A DNA stretch of 25,471 nt from an uncultured bacterium (GTDB lineage: Bacteria; Patescibacteriota; JACMRA01): positions 1-25,471 of the forward strand of contig CAWAQU010000002.1 of NCBI GenBank assembly GCA_963784355.1. The letters run 5' to 3'. The translations under genes and the position numbers were made by a program. This document shows positions 17,074 to 25,471 of the stretch, piece after piece. A model generated the notes under the pieces. That model had not been told where the DNA came from and did not search any database. It was given only the letters and a program-made list of their open reading frames with translations. Position 1 is the stretch's first letter; the number at the start of each line of letters is the position of its first letter.

Positions 17074-18468
17074 TTACTTCTCTATACCCTCAGTCAGCAC
17101 TTCAACGCCGTGATCTGTAATTGCAATATCATCTTCAATTCTTACTCCCAAACCTCTTAATTCAGCTGGTATAGTCTCATCATTGGCATCAAAATACAAT
17201 CCCGGTTCTACTGTAAATACCATACCCGATTTTAATTGCAGAGGTTGGCCTTGAGTATCTCTATAATCTCCCGCATCATGGACATCTAGACCAAGCCAGT
17301 GAGAAGTGCCATGCATATAATACTTTTTGTAATCAGATTTTTTAAGATTTTCTTCCAAAGTTCCCTCAAGTAAATTTAGATTGATCAAACCTTCACACAA
17401 TACTTTTACTGCCAATTCATGCAAACTCTGTAGAGTTAAAATTTTATCTTGAACCTCTACTACTCCACCACCGTTATTTAAATCTACTTTATTTTTGCTT
17501 CCAAATACTTTTATAAGCTCCTCAATTACCGCCTGATTGGCTTTCAAAACCAGGTTGTAAATTTCCTGTTGCACGCCACTCATTTCAGTACCGGTAACAA
17601 AAGTACGAGTCACATCACTAGCATAGTAATTGTATTCACAACCTGCATCTATCAATAAAAACTTATTATTTTTAAGTAAATTATTATTTTTGGTATAGTG
17701 CAGAATAGTAGCATTTTTTCCTCCGGCTACAATTGGTGGATAAGACCAGGTCAAGCCATTTTGCTTATATGTATTTAGTATTTCGGCCTCTATCTGGTAT
17801 TCGTAGGTTTCAGGGTAATTAATTGAATCCAAAAAAGGTTGAGCAATTACCTGTTTTTCTCCAAACCAACCTTCTAAATTTTCTTTGATTTTACTAAAAG
17901 CCAAGGTATTTATTCTAGCTGCCTGCCTCATTTGCTCCAGTTCCCAAGGTGATTTTATAATTCTTAATTTTTTAAGTAGACTACTTTTTTTACTTACACC
18001 CGTATCACTGCCACTTTCCCCTACCAAATCCATTATCTTTTTTCTTAGATTCACAAAATTATCTCCTTGATAATCAAAATAAACTTGACTCGTACCCTTT
18101 AAAATATCACTTAATTTCTGTAAAAGTTCTTCAAAGTTACATACTTCATTTGCTCCCGATATTTCTAACATCTTATCAAGTCCCAATCTTTCACCAGTCC
18201 AGGTTTCTTTAAGCTTGTCCTTGGTTTGCCCGAAAATAATCGTTTTTACCGTATCATACTGGCTCTTTACAATTACTAAAGCGCTGTTTTCCTCGTCAAT
18301 TCCTGTGAGATACCAAAAATCAGAATTTTGTCTAAAAGGGTATTCAACATCACTATTTCTTTTTTGTACTTCGCCTGATAACACAATAAATACAGAATTT
18401 GGCTCCATTAGGTTTACCAATTTTACCCTGCGTTTTTCTATTTCATCAAGTGGAACAAAGTTCTGCAT
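17074..18468 (-). CDS. pepP: Xaa-Pro aminopeptidase (aminopeptidase P, M24B)
   Basis: FRQNSDFWYLTG, ILHY, LIDAGCE..YASDVTRT, HGTSHWLGLDVHD, TVEPGLY, GVRIEDD. Confidence 0.95.
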   Translation of the reverse strand: MQNFVPLDEIEKRRVKLVNLMEPNSVFIVLSGEVQKRNSDVEYPFRQNSDFWYLTGIDEENSALVIVKSQYDTVKTIIFGQTKDKLKETWTGERLGLDKMLEISGANEVCNFEELLQKLSDILKGTSQVYFDYQGDNFVNLRKKIMDLVGESGSDTGVSKKSSLLKKLRIIKSPWELEQMRQAARINTLAFSKIKENLEGWFGEKQVIAQPFLDSINYPETYEYQIEAEILNTYKQNGLTWSYPPIVAGGKNATILHYTKNNNLLKNNKFLLIDAGCEYNYYASDVTRTFVTGTEMSGVQQEIYNLVLKANQAVIEELIKVFGSKNKVDLNNGGGVVEVQDKILTLQSLHELAVKVLCEGLINLNLLEGTLEENLKKSDYKKYYMHGTSHWLGLDVHDAGDYRDTQGQPLQLKSGMVFTVEPGLYFDANDETIPAELRGLGVRIEDDIAITDHGVEVLTEGIEK

Positions 18469-18471
18469 ATT

Positions 18472-19278
18472 TTATGTTTTAAAGCTAATTTTTAATTGCT
18501 GTTTTTTTGTAACTAACAGGTTAGTATAGCATACAATACGATTTTTGTCATCTGCTTTTTGGCTGTTTACAATTTCTATAGTGGCCACTTGAGGATTTTC
18601 CAAGTTAGCAATATTGACTTCGTATAATCCATTTGGAGGCAATAGCTTGGTTTTATCTTCAATGTCCAGATCAATTGTACTATTTTCAATATTTACTACA
18701 CGAGCTTCTAGAAAATAGTTGTAACCTAAAAGCTGATTTACGTTCTCTATATTACCTATTCCAACTTGCTCGCGTATCAAACTGGAACTCACCGGATAAT
18801 TGTGGAAATCTTGCCTTAAAACTGGAATTACTTCAAAATCAAGCTCCCGGGACATTTTGTATAATAGCTCTATATTCCCTTTTCTGTCTTTTCCGAAGTT
18901 AAAATCACCGCCAACTAAAATCTTTTTTAAATTGAACCTTGATTTGCAAAAAACCACAAACTCTTCTGCCGTAAGTTTAGAAATTTTTTCAAAGGGCAAA
19001 ATGATTAAATAATCAGGATTTAAGTTACCTAAAAGCTCTATTTTCTCTTGCAAAGTTGTTAAAACCTTTACACTGCCGGGCTGAAAATACTCCCTAGGGT
19101 GAATATCAAAAGTCACTACCAAGCTTTTTAAACAACTGCTTTTGGCCTCATTTATAATTTTTTCAATTAGGTACTTATGTCCCTGATGCACTCCATCAAA
19201 ATTTCCTATAGTAATTATACTACCTTCAAAAGCAAAGTTTCGGTCTGATAAGATATCTAGATTTTTAATCGTCTGCAT
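18472..19278 (-). CDS. ribF: FAD synthetase (FMN adenylyltransferase) with degenerate riboflavin kinase domain
   Basis: TIGNFDGVHQGH, VTFDIHP, VGGDFNFGKDRKG and VSSSLIRE are intact; the C-terminal part is short and lacks GxxxGRxxGFPTAN. Confidence 0.85.
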   Translation of the reverse strand: MQTIKNLDILSDRNFAFEGSIITIGNFDGVHQGHKYLIEKIINEAKSSCLKSLVVTFDIHPREYFQPGSVKVLTTLQEKIELLGNLNPDYLIILPFEKISKLTAEEFVVFCKSRFNLKKILVGGDFNFGKDRKGNIELLYKMSRELDFEVIPVLRQDFHNYPVSSSLIREQVGIGNIENVNQLLGYNYFLEARVVNIENSTIDLDIEDKTKLLPPNGLYEVNIANLENPQVATIEIVNSQKADDKNRIVCYTNLLVTKKQQLKISFKT

Positions 19279-19282
19279 TTAG

Positions 19283-19876
19283 CTAAATTTTTTCCCAATA
19301 CGCACCATCAGCACTAGTTGGACCGGCAGGCTCCCCGGATAAACACACTTCACAAACCGGAAATATTTCTCCCTCTGCAAAAGTAGCAATATAGCCACAA
19401 TCAACACAGAGATAATCCCCCGTTTCAGGCACTATTTGCCCCCATTTATATAGATCTTTTTCGTTTGGATCAGGATTTACATAGTTATCAGCAAAGTCGG
19501 ACACTACCTGAACCCACTCATACTCATGCTCAGGATTCTCTTTGTGGATTAAATATTTTAGATTATCATTTTCCTTCTTAAATAAAATTAGGTACTCCTG
19601 TAATTTGGATTTGGATTTTAAAAATTCTGCTTGATTTAAAATTTCACGATCTACATCTAGGATATAATCACTATTTGTAACTCCATCTGTAGCATTTGTA
19701 GTCAGGAAAAGGATTTTAATATTTTTCGCCTTGAGTTCATCAACGCGCTTGTTTAGTTCAGCCTCAACTTTGGGAAAAAGTTTGCTGGAAGGCTCCAGAA
19801 CAAAAACTGCGATCAATTCTTCTGATATATTAGAGAGCTTAAAATCAGCATTATTTGATAAATAACTCAAGGCCAT
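19283..19876 (-). CDS. Hypothetical protein with C-terminal zinc ribbon (CxxC...CxxC) and possible thioredoxin-fold N-terminus
   Basis: GQIVPETGDYLCVDCG...GEIFPVCEVC...W; first gene of a probable operon with ribF and pepP (3-4 nt gaps). Confidence 0.75.
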   Translation of the reverse strand: MALSYLSNNADFKLSNISEELIAVFVLEPSSKLFPKVEAELNKRVDELKAKNIKILFLTTNATDGVTNSDYILDVDREILNQAEFLKSKSKLQEYLILFKKENDNLKYLIHKENPEHEYEWVQVVSDFADNYVNPDPNEKDLYKWGQIVPETGDYLCVDCGYIATFAEGEIFPVCEVCLSGEPAGPTSADGAYWEKI

Positions 19877-19885
19877 ACATTAATA

Positions 19886-19914
19886 ATTATACTCAACTCA
19901 GGAATTTATGTCAA
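19886..19914 (-). promoter_or_regulatory. Perfect consensus sigma70 promoter (TTGACA-17-TATAAT) for the zinc-ribbon/ribF/pepP operon
   Basis: Minus strand TTGACA taaattcctgagttgag TATAAT, 9 nt before the ATG. Confidence 0.85.
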
Positions 19915-19961
19915 TTTGGGACTCATCTACCCGATTGATTTATAATTAGTTGTACACTAAA

Positions 19962-19991
19962 TTGACAATTAAAATTTTAAAAGTATATTTT
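19962..19991 (+). promoter_or_regulatory. Candidate cupin promoter (TTGACA-16-TATATT or -18-TATTTT)
   Basis: Perfect -35 box, divergent from the promoter at 19886-19914. Confidence 0.55.
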
Positions 19992-20014
19992 GAATTATTT
20001 AATTTAAACAGTAT

Positions 20015-20359
20015 ATGCAGATATTTCCTAGAAAATCTAAAAAGGTCCCAAACAGCTATTATTTTGGTGAATATAATGACTTTCCGATAGCGCCAATGAG
20101 TGTGTCTTTGGCAGAATTTGATTTTACATATCAAAAAGAACATCCTTACTATCACACAGATACACAAAAAATATTCATTACTTTAGAAGGCAAAGGGGTA
20201 CTAAATGTAAATGGCCAATCTGTTATAATGGAACCTGAAGCTATGATTCATTTGGAGCCTGGAGATATTCATTTTGTAGAAAAAATATCAGATGCTCCAC
20301 TAAAATTTGTAGCAATTACCTCAGCTAAAATTAATGATAAGGTTGTAATTAAAGACTAA
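20015..20359 (+). CDS. Cupin domain protein
   Basis: HPYYH...FITLEGKG.L.VNG...IHLEPGDIH cupin motifs. Confidence 0.85.
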   Translation: MQIFPRKSKKVPNSYYFGEYNDFPIAPMSVSLAEFDFTYQKEHPYYHTDTQKIFITLEGKGVLNVNGQSVIMEPEAMIHLEPGDIHFVEKISDAPLKFVAITSAKINDKVVIKD

Positions 20360-20455
20360 AGCAGTTTAATCAGAGCGTCAAAATAAACTTCGATAATAAA
20401 AAATTATTTGCAAACTAGTACAATCTCGACATTTGCACAAATATTGCAAAAAGGG

Positions 20456-21541
20456 CTATTTCTTGAATGTTTTGGCTAAGTTGATGATGTTATTAGTTAA
20501 GCTAGCTTTGAGTGGTTGTAAATGCAAATCCAAAGGCCCTAGGAAGCTCCTATAATCGCCCCTGTATCCTTCCTTAAATTTACCAAAACCTTTTTCTGAA
20601 TCATAGCCACCAAGATCGTAAAATTTTAGATTTTCATAAACACATTGAGCTATCGCTATCAAATGAATTAAATACTGACCGTAATTTTCAAAAGAAAAAG
20701 CTGTATTTCCTCCATACAAATAAGTCAGGGTATCTGGTGACACAATTCCTAGCCACACGCATTGAGGCTTGTTAAATTCATCTTTTAGAATAATAATTCG
20801 GCTAAAGTTGGATTTAAAAATACTGTACGTATATTCCCTAGTATTGATTGCAAAATTTTGACGTTTACTGGTATGGGTGTAGACCTCCCAAAAATGATTA
20901 AAGTTTTCTTCAGATTTTGTAGTAGCAATTTTCCAACCTTTTTCCAGACTTTTTTTAGTATATCTACGTATATTTTCATTGGTTATTTTCCAAAAATCCT
21001 TACTGTCTTGAAAGAAATTTTTTAGTGATTCTGAGTTTTCGAGCTTTTCTGCTGTAACATTTAATCTTAAAATAGAACTAAGATCCAAAGTAGAAGTATG
21101 CAAATATTGAATAGTTTTATAGGATTTTGTGACTTTTAACTTATTTTTTAGAACGGTTGAATGAGAAATAAAATGTTTAAAATCGTCTAGATTATGCAAG
21201 TTAAGCAGTCTACCGGCTTCATCTTCAAGATCAACCTTAATAAAAGCCGAATTTTGCTGATTCCCAAGAGCAATCAATTTCTCTAAAAATTCCTCAAAAA
21301 GTGATTTTACTTCTTCTGGTGAAATATCTGAATTTAATTTAAAAAATGGACCTTTGGGTAAATACAAAAAGTTTTGTTTGAAGTGCCAAGGATATTGATA
21401 AACTATACCTTTTAGTAAATTTTCTGACTTAGAATCCTTCACCTCAAGAACAAAAAAGTTGTGACCTGCAAGATTAGCGTTTACCCAGTTTTTTGCCCAG
21501 TCTTCTGTTTGAATAAAGTATTTGGGATATTTGAGAATCAT
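20456..21541 (-). CDS. FemABX family peptidoglycan aminoacyl-tRNA transferase
   Basis: FIQTEDWA, YLPKGP, FIKVD, IRRYTKKS, YLYGG, YDLGG, FKEGY.G. Confidence 0.85.
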   Translation of the reverse strand: MILKYPKYFIQTEDWAKNWVNANLAGHNFFVLEVKDSKSENLLKGIVYQYPWHFKQNFLYLPKGPFFKLNSDISPEEVKSLFEEFLEKLIALGNQQNSAFIKVDLEDEAGRLLNLHNLDDFKHFISHSTVLKNKLKVTKSYKTIQYLHTSTLDLSSILRLNVTAEKLENSESLKNFFQDSKDFWKITNENIRRYTKKSLEKGWKIATTKSEENFNHFWEVYTHTSKRQNFAINTREYTYSIFKSNFSRIIILKDEFNKPQCVWLGIVSPDTLTYLYGGNTAFSFENYGQYLIHLIAIAQCVYENLKFYDLGGYDSEKGFGKFKEGYRGDYRSFLGPLDLHLQPLKASLTNNIINLAKTFKK

Positions 21542-21589
21542 ATTGAATTACTTGACTAGGATCTAAATTTTGTAAAGAAATAAGTAATT

Positions 21590-23050
21590 ATGGCCTATTA
21601 TCCTGTAATCGGTATCGAAACCCATGTACAATTAAATACTAAAACAAAGCTGTTTTGTAGCTGCTTAAATGAATATGCTCCTGATGAACCAAATAAAAAT
21701 ATTTGTCCGTTTTGTACAGGTCAACCTGGTGCTTTACCCGCTCTAAATAAAGAAGCTGTTAAAAAAGCTATTAAATTTGGTGTAGCTATAAATGGAACTA
21801 TTCCTGAAAAAACACGATGGGATCGCAAAAACTATTTTTACCCTGACCTTCCTGCCGGTTACCAAATTAGCCAGTACGATAACCCTATTATTGAGCAAGG
21901 TCGAGTGGATTTTTATATTGAAGACAAAAATAATGGCCAGTTTAAACCCTGTTCAGTAGCTTTGACAAGAGCTCATTTAGAGGCAGATGCAGGAAAATTA
22001 ATGCATGCAGGTGGTAAAACCTACGTGGATTTTAATCGCTCAGGAGCGCCTTTAATTGAAATTGTAACTGATCCCGTTGTGAAAGATAGTGCTGAAGCAA
22101 TGGCTTATGTAGCTGAATTACAGCTTTTGGTTAGAAAAATTGGTATTTCAGATGCAGACATGGAAAAAGGGCAAATGCGTTTTGATTGCAACCTTTCGCT
22201 GCAAACTGAAGAAGAACACGCGGCAGGTAGATTACCTAAGTACAAAGTAGAAGTCAAAAATATTAATTCCATTCGAGCCATTGGTAGAGCTGTGGAATTT
22301 GAAATCAAGCGACAAACTGAGCTATTAAACAATGGACAAATACCTTCCCAAGAAACTAGAGGATGGAGGGATGATTTAAACAAGTCCGAAAGCCAGAGAA
22401 GTAAAGAAGAAGCTCAAGATTACAGATACTTCCCGGAACCGGATCTTAGAATTTTAGAAATTAAATCTGAAGATATTCCTAGTATCAATGATCTACCGGA
22501 ATTACCACAAGTGCAAAGGCAAAGGTATTTAGAATTAGGGCTAAATCTGCAAACCGTAAATACTTTTGTAAATAAAGAAGTTGTGGGTCACTTTTTTGAC
22601 GAGATTTTGCAACAAGTAGAAAATAAAGACCTGATAAGGGCAGTTGCTAATATAATTACAGTCAATCTTTTAGCACTTTCTGAAAAACAAAATAAACCAA
22701 TTCAAGAGCTAATATCCAAAGAAAATTTACTAGTTTTAAGTCAACTGCTTTCAGAGAAAAAAATTAATAACCAAGGCCTAAGCAAATCTACAGAAATTTT
22801 AGCAAACGATTTCCAAGCAAATGCACAAGAAGTAGTTGAAACAAATGGACTTATTCAGGAAAATGATGATTCAGCTTTAGAGGAATTTGTAAATACTGTG
22901 ATTGAAAAAAATCCTGCCCAAGTTGAGCAGTATAAATCAGGTAAAGTTCAGATTTTAGATTATTTAGTAGGGCAATCTATGAAAGAATCAAGAGGTAAAG
23001 GAAATCCCCAGAAATTTAGAGATATATTTATTAAAAAATTGACTAACTAG
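21590..23050 (+). CDS. gatB: Asp/Glu-tRNA amidotransferase subunit B
   Basis: IGIETHVQL, GQPGALP, RKNYFYPDLP.GYQISQ, DFNRSGAPLIEIVT, EVKNINS, DYRYFPEPDL. Confidence 0.97.
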   Translation: MAYYPVIGIETHVQLNTKTKLFCSCLNEYAPDEPNKNICPFCTGQPGALPALNKEAVKKAIKFGVAINGTIPEKTRWDRKNYFYPDLPAGYQISQYDNPIIEQGRVDFYIEDKNNGQFKPCSVALTRAHLEADAGKLMHAGGKTYVDFNRSGAPLIEIVTDPVVKDSAEAMAYVAELQLLVRKIGISDADMEKGQMRFDCNLSLQTEEEHAAGRLPKYKVEVKNINSIRAIGRAVEFEIKRQTELLNNGQIPSQETRGWRDDLNKSESQRSKEEAQDYRYFPEPDLRILEIKSEDIPSINDLPELPQVQRQRYLELGLNLQTVNTFVNKEVVGHFFDEILQQVENKDLIRAVANIITVNLLALSEKQNKPIQELISKENLLVLSQLLSEKKINNQGLSKSTEILANDFQANAQEVVETNGLIQENDDSALEEFVNTVIEKNPAQVEQYKSGKVQILDYLVGQSMKESRGKGNPQKFRDIFIKKLTN

Positions 23051-23073
23051 TAATTGTAACTCAATTTAAGTAT

Positions 23074-24151
23074 ATGTCGTTTAAAAGAGATATGGAAGAC
23101 TTTCTGCTATACTGCGAATTAACCAAGCAATATTCAGGGAATACAGTCAGAAATTACCGAAATACTTTGGAGCGATTTCAAGAGTTTTTAGATATTAAAA
23201 GAATTGAAAGGACTCAAGACATTGATTTAGACATAGTCAATAACTATAGACAGCATCTAAATAAACTAACTACAATTAGAAAAGATAAAATGAGTTTGCG
23301 AGCTCAAAGCTATCAAATAGTGGTTTTAAGAAGTTTTTTAAAATTCATGATCAAACATGGAACTGTTGTTCTAAGCCCAGATAAATTAGAATTACCCAAA
23401 GTAAGAATGCAACGTATCGAGTATTTGACTGATGTAGAGGTGCAGAGGCTAATCAATTCTATTTTAAATGATACCAATAAAATTCCCGAGGTACAAAAAA
23501 AGCGCAATCAAGCTATAGTACTAGCAATGTTTGGCTCGGGCCTTAGACTTTCAGAAATGCTTTCATTGAGAAAAGCTGAAGTTGGTGCAGTACCTTTTTT
23601 GGATGAAGAAAATGATGATGTACAAGAAACCAATCTTTCCGCTCAAGAGTTTATTGATCAAAATTCTAAATCTACCGAACAAAACGATATTACAGAAGAT
23701 GAAATTCAACCGTTATTAATCAAGGGTAAAGGTGAAAAATATAGAACTACATTTCTAGCACCGGCTGCCAAAGAAGCAATAGATGAGTATTTAAAATTAA
23801 GAGGAGAGGACAAAATCCTTCTTGTTTATCTCGATTAGCAAAAATAGGCCGAAAGATTCAAAAAATTCTAAACCGTTGACCCCCAGAATGGTACAGATGA
23901 TTTTGCAAAATTATGCTAGGAGGCTTGGTATTTATAGAGCGTCTTTGCCCCACACACTTAGACATAGCTTTGCCACTAAAATCTTGTCTGAGGGTGGCGA
24001 TTTACGCTCTGTGCAGACTCTTTTAGGTCACTCAAATTTAGCTACCACTCAAATTTATACCCACATTACAAACTTGCAAATTAAAGATTTACACAATCGG
24101 GTTTTTGGTAAAAAAGATCAGGATGAAAACGAGAATAATCAGGCCAAGTAG
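23074..24151 (+). CDS. XerC/XerD-family tyrosine recombinase, split by an apparent frameshift near 23812-23821
   Basis: N-terminal SAM-like domain (YSGNTVRNY), GSGLRLSE and KGKGEK in the first frame; [15 protein letters not shown] and TTQIYTH in the second frame. All catalytic residues are present. Confidence 0.9.
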
Positions 24152-24202
24152 TCTGCTTTTGTGAATTTTGATGAGTTACACAGTCTTATGAATGACAAGG
24201 GG

Positions 24203-24230
24203 TTGACTATAATTTAAATTAGTCTATAAC
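24203..24230 (+). promoter_or_regulatory. Candidate pyk promoter (TTGACT-16-TATAAC) with a palindromic spacer
   Basis: Spacer contains TAATTTAAATTA; ATG follows at 24239. Confidence 0.45.
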
Positions 24231-24238
24231 TAAAGCAT

Positions 24239-25471
24239 ATGTTTATGCGTAGCACTAAAAATTTTATGTACAATTGGTCCAAAAACAGCTGAACCTGAAG
24301 CTTTAAAAAATTTAATCCTAGGTGGCATGAATGTTGCTAGGTTAAATATGTCACATGGCACCCATGAATGGCATGGTGGCACAGCCAGAGCCGTAAGAAG
24401 GATAAGCGAAGAGTTAAATAACCCGTAGCAATCATGCTCGATACAAAAGGTCCTGAAATTAGAAGTGGTGATTTAACAGAACCCCTACCCTTACAAAAAG
24501 GTGATAAGTTAATTTTTACAATAAAACAAGAAGCTTCATACCCTAAAGGCACTACAAGTGTTAACTACGAAGGGTTTATTTCAGATGTTAGCGTAGGAGA
24601 TGTGATTTTAGTTGATAGCGGAATGATGAATTTAAAAATTTTAGAAAAGACCGATACCGATGTAATTACTTGATGTTCTTGACGGTGGTACTTTAACTTC
24701 CAGAAGACATTTAAATATTCGAGGTAAAAGTGCTACTTTGCCTGCAATCACAGATAAAGATTGGCAAGATATTGACTTTGCAATCGCCGAAAAATTTGAC
24801 TTTATCGCCCTATCTTTTGCAAATGATGCTAAAACTATCAATGATTTGAGAAAATACTTAACTGATAAAAATTCAAATATACTAATAGTACCAAAAATTG
24901 AAAGTACAAATGCTGTAAAAAATATTGATGAAATTATAGAAGCCAGCGATGGTATAATGGTAGCTAGAGGAGATTTGGGTGCTGAATTACCAATTGAAGA
25001 AGTGCCAATCATTCAAAAAGAGGTAGTTGAAAAGTCCAGAAAAGCTGGTAAACCTGTAATAGTAGCCACCCAACTTTTGGAATCGATGATGGTTAATCCT
25101 ACTCCAACTAGAGCTGAGGTAACTGATATTTTTAATGCGGTAATGCAAAAAACTGATGCAATTATGATGTCAGGAGAAACAGCAAATGGAAATTATCCAT
25201 TAAAAGCGCTTGAAGTGATGCAAACTGTAGCAATCAGAGCTGAGCAAAAATTAGCTGAAAAGAAAATAGTTAAGCACACTGAAACAGACTCGTCACCAAA
25301 ACAGGAAATAGCTGTTGGAGCATGTATATTAGCTAATAATCTTAATGCAAAAGCAATTGTTGTATTTACTAAAAAAGGCGATACTGCTGCTTCAGTTTCA
25401 AAATTGAGACCGCATTCACCAATCATTGCATTCACCAATTCTAGTGAAACTAAAAATAAATTAAATCTATA
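24239..25471 (+). CDS. pyk: Pyruvate kinase, runs off the window end; three apparent single-base frameshifts
   Basis: Joined reading: [68 protein letters not shown]. Frame breaks near 24257-24261, 24420-24422 and 24670-24671. Start at 24239 or 24245. Confidence 0.93.

Noticed and set aside
20432-20450. TTTGCA-7-TGCAAA hairpin between cupin and femABX as a terminator
   Set aside because: Weak AT-rich 6-bp stem without a clear U tract.
23074-24151. Prophage or island integrase
   Set aside because: Lies between gatB and pyk, has XerC/D-like size and motifs, and no phage genes or att repeats were seen.
27-25438. Short antisense or overlapping ORFs in the track (e.g. 27-473, 3252-3614, 18215-18529, 22105-22383, 24641-25012, 25193-25438)
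   Set aside because: Shadows of well-supported genes on the other strand or frame, with no recognisable motifs.

Overview
AT-rich, densely coding bacterial chromosome segment read with genetic code 11. The lack of clear Shine-Dalgarno motifs, very short leaders and gene mix suggest a reduced-genome, possibly Patescibacteria/CPR-like organism (inference). Housekeeping genes: the 3' end of a probable dnaE, tatD, a divergent lspA, pcrA/uvrD, ilvE, pepP, a ribF with a degenerate kinase half, a FemABX transferase, gatB, a Xer-family recombinase and pyk. xer and pyk carry indels in homopolymers that look like sequencing errors. Accessory genes: DUF4385, an 814-aa beta-helix surface protein with an LPxTG-like 'IRSGG' tail, a DUF1003 protein with acidic heptad repeats, a VOC-Nudix-class II UvrA (DrrC-like) operon, a membrane-fused spermidine synthase-like gene, two orphan ORFs, a Cys-less peroxiredoxin-like/zinc-ribbon fusion and a cupin. 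The most unusual element is the ~350-nt region between ilvE and pepP (16.70-17.05 kb). It is almost fully tiled by hairpins and contains a small ORF whose stop codon lies in a CUAAA loop. Two CUAAA loops match two tandem UUUAG motifs at its 5' end, and a dif-like palindrome lies just upstream. No rRNA, tRNA, CRISPR array or transposase was seen.
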